Assembly: GCA_963681965.1 (NCBI GenBank)
Contig: OY820579.1
Location: 3,520,001-3,584,000, forward strand
Origin: a bacterium
GTDB taxonomy: Bacteria; Electryoneota; JAOADG01
DNA: 64,000 nt
Direction of reading: 5' to 3'
This document shows, one piece after another, positions 51,134 to 61,241 of the stretch. The notes under the pieces are model-generated. The model worked only from the letters and a program-made list of their open reading frames with translations, searched no databases and was not told where the DNA came from. The translations under genes were made by a program, and so were the position numbers. Every line of letters begins with the position of its first letter. Position 1 is the first letter of the stretch.

Positions 51134-51814
51134 ATGAAAGCAGTTCGATTCATTATCGCAGTTGGTTTTGTTGTTGCATTGATGTTGACGGGATGTGTTT
51201 CAACGCGATCGAATCTCCGTGGTGCCTACGTCGATACGGGTGTGAAGAAAAATCCCGAACCATCGGTGAGTGTGTTGTTTTATTTTACCCACACGAAACA
51301 ATCGCTTGGACTCGATGCGATTCCGAAAATCGTTCGCAAAGGAGCGATGATCGACAGTTTCGACGAAGTCTTCGGAAACTCATTGCGTGAAATAAGCAAT
51401 TTGGGAAAGTATGCAACCTTTACTGCAGAAGCTGGAGATGTCAATCAACCGGAACGACGCGCGAAACGCGACAGTTTAATGAGTCAATACGATTATACTA
51501 TCAAGTTGCGGGTAATCGAAGAGAAGAAGTTTACTTCCTATTTCTTTGCTGGATTTGTCACTACTGTTGGACTTTCGATTTTACCTGCACCCTACTATCA
51601 GTCATACCGATTGGAGACTGAAGTCTATACGCGCGATGGCAAACGGATTGCGACATATCAGCGGGATATGGATCTTGCCAAGTGGGTCGAGACATTTCTG
51701 ATTTTTGCTTATCCATTTTATCCCGAGACCCAAAAACGGGAAGAGATTTTTCTCGCGCTATTTCATGACACCTTTAAGCAGATTGATGCCGAACGGGTGT
51801 TGGCAAAACGATAA
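51134..51814 (+). CDS. Hypothetical lipoprotein
   Basis: LTGC lipobox and an internal hydrophobic segment (VTTVGLSILPAPY). Confidence 0.75.
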   Translation: MKAVRFIIAVGFVVALMLTGCVSTRSNLRGAYVDTGVKKNPEPSVSVLFYFTHTKQSLGLDAIPKIVRKGAMIDSFDEVFGNSLREISNLGKYATFTAEAGDVNQPERRAKRDSLMSQYDYTIKLRVIEEKKFTSYFFAGFVTTVGLSILPAPYYQSYRLETEVYTRDGKRIATYQRDMDLAKWVETFLIFAYPFYPETQKREEIFLALFHDTFKQIDAERVLAKR

Positions 51815-51850
51815 CGATCGCTGCGAAATCGTATGTTATCTTCAATAAAA

Positions 51851-51874
51851 GGGGCGGACAACCATGTCCGCCCC
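51851..51874. terminator. Terminator between convergent genes
   Basis: GGGGCGGACA-acca-TGTCCGCCCC with an A-run on the left. Confidence 0.75.
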
Positions 51875-51937
51875 ATTATTCTTCATTTCATCTTTTCCCA
51901 ATTCCCAACACCTATTACCTAATCCCCATCTTTTCAG

Positions 51938-51961
51938 GTAGGGGCGGTTCGCGAACCGCCC
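51938..51961 (+). repeat. REP element GTAGGGGCGGTTCGCGAACCGCCC
   Basis: Identical to 4843-4866, one mismatch to 58812-58835. Confidence 0.85.
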
Positions 51962-52056
51962 GTGTCCATGGATAATGCGCAAATATTTCCGAATTTGCGA
52001 TCTAATATTTCAGCGAATATCGCGCGAGAATATTTTTTTGATAACGATGTCATCTC

Positions 52057-54255
52057 CTAGCGCAGCAAGATTAATTTCTGTGTCTTGGTCACCGATCCCG
52101 CTTGCAATCTCAAAAAGTAGGTTCCGGATGCGAGTGTTTTTCCATCGAAATGGACGCGATATGTACCGGGATGCTGCGAGAAATTGACTAGCGTACCAAT
52201 CTCTCGCCCCTGCAGATCGAATACCTTAAGATCGACATGAGTCGTTGCAGGTAATGTGTACTCGATCGTAGTCGTGGCATTGAACGGATTGGGATAATTT
52301 GGTTTTAGTGTGATGGATTGCGGGAGTGCAGTCGATACCCGGTCGACAATCCCGAGTGCTTGCGCGACATCGTATACCGCGAACAACGTCTGTCCGACAG
52401 TAAATATTCGGTTGCCGCCATAGACCATCTTATTGGTATAAAAAGCGTTTTCGTCGTACCCGATTTCGCGGAGGTGCAATGGATCGGCAATATTCAGGAC
52501 ACGCAGCCCACCGGAACCGTAGCCAAATAAATAATTCCCCGAAACAAGAATCGAATTGAAAAAGGCGATATCACCATTCGCGTAAGCCGATACTTGAATA
52601 ACTAAATCAGGTATTGCGAAACGATAAATACGGAGCGAATCGGAAAAGGCGACGTACAGATAATTTCCTTGGAATGCCAAATCGGAAAAATAGTCGAGCG
52701 AATCCATCACGATGAGATCCGGAAAACCGATTCGACCCATATTCTGCAGCTCAATGCAAGAATTCGATGAAAAGATGGCAATACTGTCGGAAATTTGAAT
52801 CTTCGTGTAATTTCGATCTGGTTGATCAAAGTCGGCACCCCAAGCCGAAACAGGACTTGCCGGATCAGAGATATCGTACGCTTTCAAAGAATCGTCTGAT
52901 ACATATTCGATTGTATAGGCATAGTTTCCGCGAATATCAAAATCGAATATTATATGATTACCAAATTCTGCAATCTGGCGTGGCTGTGCTGGATTACTGA
53001 TATTGAATACACGGATACTGTCCCACCCCATCAAGTAGGCATAATTGCCGGAAATTTTCACTTTTTGCGCATACGTATGCGTTGGCACACGGCTGATTTG
53101 TACCGGGGTCGCGCCTGCAATATTGTAAACTCGTAACCCCGAATTACCATCGGCGAGATAGCAATAATTTCCTGAAACGGCAATATCTTCGGCAAAGCCG
53201 TCGAGATAAAATCCTCCAAGCGTTGAAATTTGGCGGGGAAGTGTGACGCGATTGATCCAGAGACCTTGCGCCAAATCCACGATATACATCGTGTCGTTTT
53301 GAAAAACGACATTGTAGGGTGATCCAACTGTGCGAAGAGAATTCCCATAGTAGCTTTCGATGTACTGCGGTGTTTGCGGAGTGGAAATATCGATAAGGTG
53401 AATGGCGTTAGTATTACCGAACCAGTAAAGTGTATTCCCGTATTTAACGATGTTTCCCAACGAAGAATTCAGGTTACCATTACTTCCGGTTAATACCGGT
53501 GCAGCGGGATTGGCGATATTCACGGCATCGACCAGCGTCGAATCATTCGGAATGTACGCATAATTACCCGAGATCAGCGGTTTGTTTCTTCCGGTGTACT
53601 CCCCGTGATGAAGAATACAAGCACCGAGCCAGCGCGGTGCTAGAATATTGGCGAAACTGTAGATATTCAAACGCAGAGTATCATTCACGATATTTGTGAC
53701 AAAGGCGAGCGAGTCGGATAACGTGAGATTGCATAAACCGGGAACGGCATGTGTCGTCACCAAGCTCGGTTGAGCATGATTCGCGATATTAAAGATGAAT
53801 ATCGAATCACCGGGAATGACAACCGCCATCAAACTGTCGCGCACAATGATATCGCTCGGCATCCCACTCAGAGTCATGAAACCAAGACTGCTGGGATGCG
53901 CCGGATCGGTTATATTGAATGTGTAGATTCCTTGATAATCCTGATCATCATTGTATTGATAACCGGTAATCAAAGCGTAGTTACCGGATAATGCGATTTT
54001 ACTGTCGTAACCGATGTTCGCGGCTAAGTGGCTCACTTCGCTGGTCGCAGCGGGATTCGATACATTCACCACAACCAATTCGCCATTCGTCGCCAGGTAG
54101 GCTAAGTTGCCGCGAATCGCCACATCGAAGACATATCCGACGTGGAGACGTTGCTCGAAAGTGCACGAGACACCGGAACTGTCTTGCGCAAAAGCAGTCA
54201 GAGAAATTAAACTACCGATGAATACAAAGACAGTGAATAGATTCTTCGATCTCAT
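52057..54255 (-). CDS. Secreted LVIVD-repeat protein with T9SS/FlgD-like C-terminal domain
   Basis: Signal peptide then AQDSSGVSC, diverged LVIVD repeats, YPNPFN...KLILLR. Confidence 0.88.
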   Translation of the reverse strand: MRSKNLFTVFVFIGSLISLTAFAQDSSGVSCTFEQRLHVGYVFDVAIRGNLAYLATNGELVVVNVSNPAATSEVSHLAANIGYDSKIALSGNYALITGYQYNDDQDYQGIYTFNITDPAHPSSLGFMTLSGMPSDIIVRDSLMAVVIPGDSIFIFNIANHAQPSLVTTHAVPGLCNLTLSDSLAFVTNIVNDTLRLNIYSFANILAPRWLGACILHHGEYTGRNKPLISGNYAYIPNDSTLVDAVNIANPAAPVLTGSNGNLNSSLGNIVKYGNTLYWFGNTNAIHLIDISTPQTPQYIESYYGNSLRTVGSPYNVVFQNDTMYIVDLAQGLWINRVTLPRQISTLGGFYLDGFAEDIAVSGNYCYLADGNSGLRVYNIAGATPVQISRVPTHTYAQKVKISGNYAYLMGWDSIRVFNISNPAQPRQIAEFGNHIIFDFDIRGNYAYTIEYVSDDSLKAYDISDPASPVSAWGADFDQPDRNYTKIQISDSIAIFSSNSCIELQNMGRIGFPDLIVMDSLDYFSDLAFQGNYLYVAFSDSLRIYRFAIPDLVIQVSAYANGDIAFFNSILVSGNYLFGYGSGGLRVLNIADPLHLREIGYDENAFYTNKMVYGGNRIFTVGQTLFAVYDVAQALGIVDRVSTALPQSITLKPNYPNPFNATTTIEYTLPATTHVDLKVFDLQGREIGTLVNFSQHPGTYRVHFDGKTLASGTYFLRLQAGSVTKTQKLILLR

Positions 54256-54509
54256 AGTAAACTCGATTTAAATGGATTGGGTAGCGGAAAAACAATAGTT
54301 ATTACTACAATCTAGTACTTCAATATTACTGTATTTTTCTATTTAAGTAAATAGTCGATGGCAATTTATCGTTATTCGACCTCTTGATCGACAAGTACGA
54401 ACACAAAGGCGTCAAGTCTATTGTATATTATTATTAATGTTAATACTTCGAAACGGGTAAACTCATTCTTAGGTGGGAAGAATAGTATTATTGTCGCAAT
54501 CCAGAGTTA

Positions 54510-55599
54510 TACCGTTTCTCATAAATAGTGTCGCATTGTTTCTTATCTTTATTTCATGCGACCTTTATCTCCTAATCCTGCGAATGGTACTTTGGACGAG
54601 ATCGAAGAAGCCCTTCGTTGTTCGGTTGACCATGACGAGCACTGTCGCTTTCAAGGGATTAAAATGCTCTTGTTAGGGTTACCGGACAATCAAGTTTGTC
54701 AAGTGTTGTCGGTTGTACCGCGATCTTTACAGCGGTGGGTTCAGCATTGGAACGCCGGTGGCATTGACCGTTTGAAACGGATACCGCGACCGGGACGACC
54801 GCGCAAAGCTAACAAAGAACAACGGTTTCTGGTTGTCGATTGGCTTACCCATCCCGAGCAGCACGGACAGACACACTGGACACTACGCAAGTTGCATGGC
54901 GTATTGCGTAGCGAACTACGCATCGAATTGGGCTATTCCACGCTCGCCCGTCTTGTTCGCGATGAACGATTTGCCTTGAATATGCCGCGATCCTGGCCGG
55001 CAAAACAGGATGCCGAGGCCCGGTTGGCTTTCACAGAACTGCTGTCGTCGCTGCTTGCCAGCGATCCCAATCGGATTTGGTTCTACGACGAAAGCGGCAT
55101 TACCGGCGATCCACGCCCGCGCCGACGCTGGATGCGGAAAGGAGAACGACAAACGGTTCCCTTTACCGGCACCCATTTGCGGGAAAACATTTTGGGCGCG
55201 GTACAACCCTTATCCGGTCGGTTGTTTTCGCTGCAAATGCCGGAAGTGGATCGGGAACTGTTCCAGATTTTCCTTGACCACTTCGCCGAATATACCAAGG
55301 GCGAAAGGGTAACAATGGTGCTGGACAATGCCAGTTGGCACAAGGTTAAATCGTTAAACTGGCATCATATTCAACCAATATTCTTGCCACCCTATTCACC
55401 CGATCTCAACCCGATAGAACGATTGTGGTTGTATATCAAAGAGCATTACTTCAACCATTGGTACAGCAAGTCCAGAGAAGAACTAAGAGATCGGGTAACA
55501 TGGGCAATACAACAGCTACTCAATCAACCAGAAATTGTAAAATCTGTAACACGAGTGTGAGAGTAAATCACAATGCGACACGATTTTCAAGAAATGGTA
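54510..55599 (+). mobile_element. IS630-family insertion sequence
   Basis: Terminal inverted repeats (TA)TACCGTTTCTCATAAATAGTGTCGCATTGT and reverse-complemented (TA)TACCATTTCTTGAAAATCGTGTCGCATTGT, 27/32 identical including TA. TA duplication at 54508-54509 and 55600-55601. Confidence 0.92.
54556..55560 (+). CDS. IS630 transposase
   Basis: HTH with GRPRK, DDE triad FYDES / VLDNA / LPPYSPDLNPIERLW, uninterrupted ORF. Confidence 0.95.
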   Translation: MRPLSPNPANGTLDEIEEALRCSVDHDEHCRFQGIKMLLLGLPDNQVCQVLSVVPRSLQRWVQHWNAGGIDRLKRIPRPGRPRKANKEQRFLVVDWLTHPEQHGQTHWTLRKLHGVLRSELRIELGYSTLARLVRDERFALNMPRSWPAKQDAEARLAFTELLSSLLASDPNRIWFYDESGITGDPRPRRRWMRKGERQTVPFTGTHLRENILGAVQPLSGRLFSLQMPEVDRELFQIFLDHFAEYTKGERVTMVLDNASWHKVKSLNWHHIQPIFLPPYSPDLNPIERLWLYIKEHYFNHWYSKSREELRDRVTWAIQQLLNQPEIVKSVTRV

Positions 55600-55762
55600 T
55601 AAATCAGATTCCAATCTCATAAATATTTACTTAGTCATCATTTTCATTTGCGTAGCTAATTTGAACGATTTATTATATACTCCATTCATCTACACATTTC
55701 AGCCATTACTATTTACAATTTTTTTCACCGACGACTCAAACCCATTTTCGTAAGGATCCACA

Positions 55763-56842
55763 ATGCGACAAAAGAAATGTTTCTTCATTTGCGAATTTGG
55801 TAAAGAAAGAACTCCAACTCGAAAGAAAGCAGATCGAATTCTTCTCGATTTCATTAAACCGGTACTCAGCGAACTTAAGTACATCGTTCACAGAGGAGAT
55901 GTTCCAGACTCCAATAAACCGATTCCTGATGCGATATCCGACCACCTATTTCACGATGACCTCGTTATTGCCGACATATCTACTTGTAATCCCAATGTTT
56001 TTTTCGAATTGGGAAATCGTCACGCTTGGGGAAAACGGTGTTTGTTGATTACTCAGAATATTAAGAAACTACCATTCAATGTAAACCATCTAAGAGTCAT
56101 CGAATACAGCCTGACAAAAACCGAATTTGAGAAAAGTAAGATCAAGTTACGGACTGCAGTTCAAGCTGCAGAAAAAGCACCTGCTGAACTACCAAAATCC
56201 CTCGATCTCGAAATAATGTCAAATTGGATCAATGATAAAGTGGGAAATACTTTTATCGTGGATCGGAAACGTGGACATTTGGAACACTATCAACTCGCTA
56301 CCGAATTAGCCAAGGAAGAGTGTAAACGGATCTTTTTAATGCAACGCAGCAGCACTTTGATCTTTGGATCCGACGCCAATAACAAAGACGAAAAGCCCTT
56401 CTACAATACACTTCTGGAAAAGATTCAACAAGGTGTGGAATTTTATCATATCGTCAGTCTGGAAGGTATTAAGCGGTATTTACAGCAAGTAACCGATCAT
56501 AAGGAGATCCTTAAATCACTGAAGAAATTGAGTGCAGACGATAGAAAAAACGTCGTGATAAAAGGAAAGGATCGGATCTCGGTATTTAAAATTATGCGTG
56601 ATCAATCCAAGAAAAATGCCCTAAGCCCCGATCGACAAGCGCGTGCATTTATTGTTGAGTTGACAAATGGCGTTACGGAAGGGGTGTTAGTGGTGGATAT
56701 CGGTGGTTTGCAGTCAAGTTTTCGCATTCGCGGACCGATTGTTCAAGAATTTCTGAAAGACTGTTTGGAGTTTTATAAATCTGGATGCAAGAATTTAAGT
56801 TGGAAAACACTGAATAGCGTGTTAAATATTCCACCGAAATAA
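55763..56842 (+). CDS. Nucleoside 2-deoxyribosyltransferase/TIR-like domain protein with unknown C-terminal domain
   Basis: CFFI..F, RGD, DLVIADIS..NPNVFFELG.RHA and LPFNV..LRVIEY motifs. Low-GC sequence. Confidence 0.75.
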   Translation: MRQKKCFFICEFGKERTPTRKKADRILLDFIKPVLSELKYIVHRGDVPDSNKPIPDAISDHLFHDDLVIADISTCNPNVFFELGNRHAWGKRCLLITQNIKKLPFNVNHLRVIEYSLTKTEFEKSKIKLRTAVQAAEKAPAELPKSLDLEIMSNWINDKVGNTFIVDRKRGHLEHYQLATELAKEECKRIFLMQRSSTLIFGSDANNKDEKPFYNTLLEKIQQGVEFYHIVSLEGIKRYLQQVTDHKEILKSLKKLSADDRKNVVIKGKDRISVFKIMRDQSKKNALSPDRQARAFIVELTNGVTEGVLVVDIGGLQSSFRIRGPIVQEFLKDCLEFYKSGCKNLSWKTLNSVLNIPPK

Positions 56843-57045
56843 GTATTGCGAGAGCTGTCTACGATATTTCCTTCAGTTCGTGAATTCTAGCTGAATGTCG
56901 ATATTCTCAAATCGATTCAATGATTTTGTGATCGTTATTATTTCTTAACTAATTCCTTAACCTTATCATAGTGCGTATGCAGATCGGCACATCACTCACT
57001 TACCCACAAAATCAAATTTGATCACAGACATCTGCAAAATATCCC

Positions 57046-58529
57046 TCAAACAAAATATTGCTGGATCGTCTTGCGGAAATGATAGCCGTAAATCGCCAGT
57101 GTGATTGCGTGTGGAAACAGCCGCGGATGCAGGAACAGCGACCAGAAAAAGATTTTCCAGTACTGAAATCGTTCTTTCCCGATGACCCCGAGTTCGATGA
57201 TCGAGCGCGCCAAGGCGTGCAATTCGGGAATCTTGATTCGAAATCCATCGTGTGAGATCGATTTGTATTCGCGCAAATAGTGCTTCACCCGCGCATAATA
57301 ATTCTTCGGTGCATAGATTTTTTCAGGATGTCGCGATACCCTTCCAATAATGTATCGACATTCATTTTCGGGATAAAGTTCAGTGAAAAATCAGTATTGT
57401 TTCCGCTCATATTTTTCAACAATCGACCTTCGGAACGCAACCGTTCGTAGAGTTTCGTACCGATCGGCGCATTCAGCAGTCCGACCATCGCCGTAACGAT
57501 TCCGGTCTCCTGGATGAAATTGGAGAGTAAATCGAAGATCCTCGGTGAATCGTTATCGAAACCAAGAATGAAACCCGCTTCGACTTGCAATCCCGCCGAT
57601 TGGATTTTATGGATACTGTCGACCAGATCGCGATTCTTGTTGGTGACTTTGCCACATTCGATGAGGCTTGCTTCATTGGGCGACTCGATTCCAACGAAGA
57701 CTGTATTGAAACCCGCTTTGACCATCATCACCATCAGCTCTTCATCGTCTGCCATGTTGATCGTTCCTTCGGTGGATAATTTGAACGGATGCTTGTTTGT
57801 TTCCATCCAAGTGATCATTTGCGGCAGGATTTCGGCTTTTATTTTGCCCTTATTGCCGATGAAATTATCGTCGACCAGAAACACACCATTATCCCAGCCA
57901 AACTGTCTCAAGCTGTCGAATTCGGCGATCAATTGCGGACCGGACTTCGTGCGCGGCTTGTGACCATACAACACGGTGATATCACAGAAATGGCAATCGT
58001 AGGGACAGCCGCGCGAATATTGGATATTCATCGTAGCGTAATGCCGGGGTTTGATCAGACTCCATTTCGGGATCGGCGTAGTGGAGATATCGGCAAATTC
58101 GGTACTGGTGTAAATATGCTTCGGGATGTTTTGTTCTAGATCTTGGAGAAACAGTGGAAGGGTTAATTCGGCTTCGTTCAGGATCAGGTGATCGACTTCG
58201 GGAAATTCATCGCGATGCGCGGTAAAAAGTGGACCTCCGGCAACGATTTTCGTGTTCCACTTCCGACACCGGGCGATCACTTCATTCACCGATTCGCGTT
58301 GCACAGTCATGGCGCTGATAAAAACGTAATCTGCCCATTGAATATCTTTGTCCCGCAATTTCCCGACATTCAGATCGACCATTCGTTGTTCCCAACTGTC
58401 CGGCAGCATCGCCGCGACGGTCAGCAATCCCAGCGGGGGACCACTTGCCTTTTTCATGACGAATTTTAGCGCGTGTCGGAAGCTCCAGAAGGTATCTGGA
58501 CACCGTGGATAAATCAGCAATATCTTCAT
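57046..58529 (-). pseudogene. B12-binding radical SAM protein (DUF4070-type), split by a 1-bp frameshift
   Basis: PPLGLLTVAA B12 domain and SRGCPYDCHFC. The frame breaks at an A6 run (T6 at 57318-57323); adding one A gives LKKIYAPKNYYARVKHYLREY continuous with ORF 57046..57288. Confidence 0.85.
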
Positions 58530-58811
58530 AACCCCTTCTTACGGATCGTCGGTTGCGAGTGAAGTGCGGATGCAGGATAGAACCATCGATAGAGCATTCG
58601 ACAGTGAATGAAGCAAGGCGCTGGTAAGTGATCCCTCTTATAAAAAAATACGAGTGTATTTCCGGATTGGATATGGATTTTTCTGGTGGTTACAACTTTT
58701 TCGTAAGTATCGCATCTTCGTCGAATCAGTTCACAAAACATGTTATCACTGAAAGTTGGGGCGACCCACTGCGGTCGCCCGCATTCTTTATACCTGATCT
58801 TGTATTCCTAG

Positions 58812-58835
58812 GTAGGGGCGGTTCGAGAACCGCCC
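58812..58835 (+). repeat. REP element GTAGGGGCGGTTCGAGAACCGCCC
   Basis: Same family as 4843 and 51938; shares the 3' flank GTGTCCA with 51938. Confidence 0.85.
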
Positions 58836-58924
58836 GTGTCCAAACATGATATTCGAATATAAACTGACTAACGATCCTAATTACTATCAAAATCGCACGT
58901 GATACTAATAATTTTTATCTACAG

Positions 58925-61141
58925 TTACTTGAGCAACATTAATTTCTGCGTCTTCATCGTGGAACCTGCTTGCAATCGCAAAAAGTAGGTGCCGGATGCG
59001 AGCGATCGTCCATCGAATTGAACGCGATACGTCCCGGGATGCTGCAGGAAATTGACCAGTGTGCCGATCTCTCGCCCCTGCACATCGAATACCTTGAGAT
59101 TAACGTGACTCGTCGTCGGTAGTGAATATTCGATAGTAGTGCTGTTGTTAAAGGGATTCGGATAATTTTGCTTTAGTTCGAAATTCTGTGGCAATTCGGT
59201 TGAGATGCGATCGACAACGCCGAGGGCTTGGGAAACGTCGTAGATATTGAAATAGGTACCGCAAGCGGAATATAAGTGCGAACGATCGATCAGGTAGTTC
59301 ATTGGACTCACGGCTTGTTCGAAAAAGCCGACTTCATGTGGGTGTACGGGATCGGAAACATTTAATACTCTTAGTCCTGCTCCCCAGCCGAACAAATAAT
59401 CGGAATTCGTAAGAAAATTATAATAAATCTCACTTCCCTCATTGTGATAGTACCCCGTCACCGTGATGGTATCGGGATTGGCAATGTCATACATCCACAA
59501 CGTATCGTATGTTCCACAATAGAGGGTGTTACCGTGAATGGAAAAATCGTAACATTCACCGTTCGTGTAAATATGATGATGAGTTAGACGATCGGGGTGA
59601 CTTATGTTGATAGTCTCTAATCCATTATCTGTAGCCAAGTAAATAGTACTGTCTTTCAGAAGTAATCTGGTATTAAAATAGGGCAAACTTCCAATACTGA
59701 TCGATCCTAGTAAAATCGGATAAGCTGGATTTGCCACATCGAATGTCTTCAAATAATCATCGCCGGCATATCTGATATAGGCATAATGCGATGAAACAGC
59801 CATATCTATCGGAACACAATCTTGAAATGCGAGACCACCCGACCGTACCGGTGAAGTTAGATTGCTGATATCATAAATTAAAATAGAGTCTGCACAAAAG
59901 ATATAAGCATAATGACCAACGGTATCGATTCGCGTGACCGGTGAATTGAATTGCATTTGACTAATAGAAACGGGCATTGTTCCACTGACATCATAAATAC
60001 GCAATCCTGCCGTACCATCGGCGAGATAACAATGATTATTCGAGATCGCGACACCACAAGCATCGCCGTTGTCAAAATACCCACCCAATTCTGAAATCTG
60101 GGAGCCATTCTGAATGCGATTGATCCATAGTCCGCGACTATAATCTACGATAAACATCGTATCATGGCTGAAAAAAAGATTGTATACACATCCTAAACTA
60201 TTGGTCGAATCGCCACAATACGATTCCGAATGCAATAAGACTGGCGCACTTGGGTTGGATACATCGACAATATGGATTTCCTGTTGATCGCCGTACAAAT
60301 ATAAGTAGTTTCCAAGTTTCGCGATTCCGGGAAATCCATGCGATACGAAATGAGTCGTACTGATAACTGTCGGAGCATCGGGATTGGCGATATCGATCAC
60401 ATCGACCAGCGAAGTGTCGCTTGGTACATAGGCGTAATGTCCATCGATCACCATTTGATTGATATACTGATAATGATCGCGTTGATGCAGATTGCAGGAT
60501 CCGCGCCATTGCATCGAATCCGGTGAGATAAAGCGATATGTCAAAAATTGCATCGTGTCGTTTACCAGCGAAGTCGCGTTCAAATTTGAATCGGCAATTG
60601 CGAGGTAGCGAAAACCCGGAATGACGTAATCCCGAAGTCGCACGGGATGATGCAAGCTGGATAATCGATAAAATGTGACCGTATCGGCTGAGCAATTGAA
60701 CGAGAAGATACTGTCGTTCAGAGCGAAGATCTTCGGTTGGTGGTTGTAGTCGAACGATAATCGCGCAGTATCGATTAGAATTGGATGAACAGGATTACTG
60801 ATGTCAAAAACATATACTACGCGAAGAAATTGAGGAACATATACACATCCTGTAATCAAGGCATAGTTACCCATTAGTGCGATCTGCGCAGTAACCCCGC
60901 CTTTTAATGGAGTATAGAACTGCTCTTGCGGCGAAGCGGGATTGGTAATGTCTACAACGATAAATTCATCATTTGTTCTTACGAAAGCATAATGATCGCG
61001 CACAACGGAATCGTAGATTCGACCGGGATGTAATCGTTCGCGATAGTTACAACTGACACCGGAACTGTCTTGAGCGAATGCTGAAAGAGAAGTGAGAAAA
61101 ACCGCAAGAAAGAAAACAGGAGTAGCATATTTCCGAAGCAT
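58925..61141 (-). CDS. Secreted LVIVD-repeat protein with T9SS/FlgD-like C-terminal domain (paralog)
   Basis: AFAQDSSGVSC start, LVIVD repeats, YPNPFN...KLMLLK. Colinear with 52057..54255. Confidence 0.88.
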   Translation of the reverse strand: MLRKYATPVFFLAVFLTSLSAFAQDSSGVSCNYRERLHPGRIYDSVVRDHYAFVRTNDEFIVVDITNPASPQEQFYTPLKGGVTAQIALMGNYALITGCVYVPQFLRVVYVFDISNPVHPILIDTARLSFDYNHQPKIFALNDSIFSFNCSADTVTFYRLSSLHHPVRLRDYVIPGFRYLAIADSNLNATSLVNDTMQFLTYRFISPDSMQWRGSCNLHQRDHYQYINQMVIDGHYAYVPSDTSLVDVIDIANPDAPTVISTTHFVSHGFPGIAKLGNYLYLYGDQQEIHIVDVSNPSAPVLLHSESYCGDSTNSLGCVYNLFFSHDTMFIVDYSRGLWINRIQNGSQISELGGYFDNGDACGVAISNNHCYLADGTAGLRIYDVSGTMPVSISQMQFNSPVTRIDTVGHYAYIFCADSILIYDISNLTSPVRSGGLAFQDCVPIDMAVSSHYAYIRYAGDDYLKTFDVANPAYPILLGSISIGSLPYFNTRLLLKDSTIYLATDNGLETINISHPDRLTHHHIYTNGECYDFSIHGNTLYCGTYDTLWMYDIANPDTITVTGYYHNEGSEIYYNFLTNSDYLFGWGAGLRVLNVSDPVHPHEVGFFEQAVSPMNYLIDRSHLYSACGTYFNIYDVSQALGVVDRISTELPQNFELKQNYPNPFNNSTTIEYSLPTTSHVNLKVFDVQGREIGTLVNFLQHPGTYRVQFDGRSLASGTYFLRLQAGSTMKTQKLMLLK

Positions 61142-61241
61142 AGTTACCTCGCTAAGATATAATCATCACACACATACCTAACCATCAACACATAACAATA
61201 TAACGTATTTGACACACAAATTGAATAGTCGATCGATAAAA

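Noticed and set aside
57285-57330. Programmed ribosomal frameshift or selenocysteine readthrough in the radical SAM gene
   Set aside because: There is no canonical X XXY YYZ heptamer in frame, A6 is short for transcriptional slippage, and the continuation is in another frame, so TGA readthrough would not join the parts.
58530-58790. Possible cobalamin riboswitch upstream of the B12 radical SAM gene
   Set aside because: No recognisable B12-box or consensus (GGGAA...GCCACTG) was found on the minus strand, only an isolated GC hairpin near 58760.
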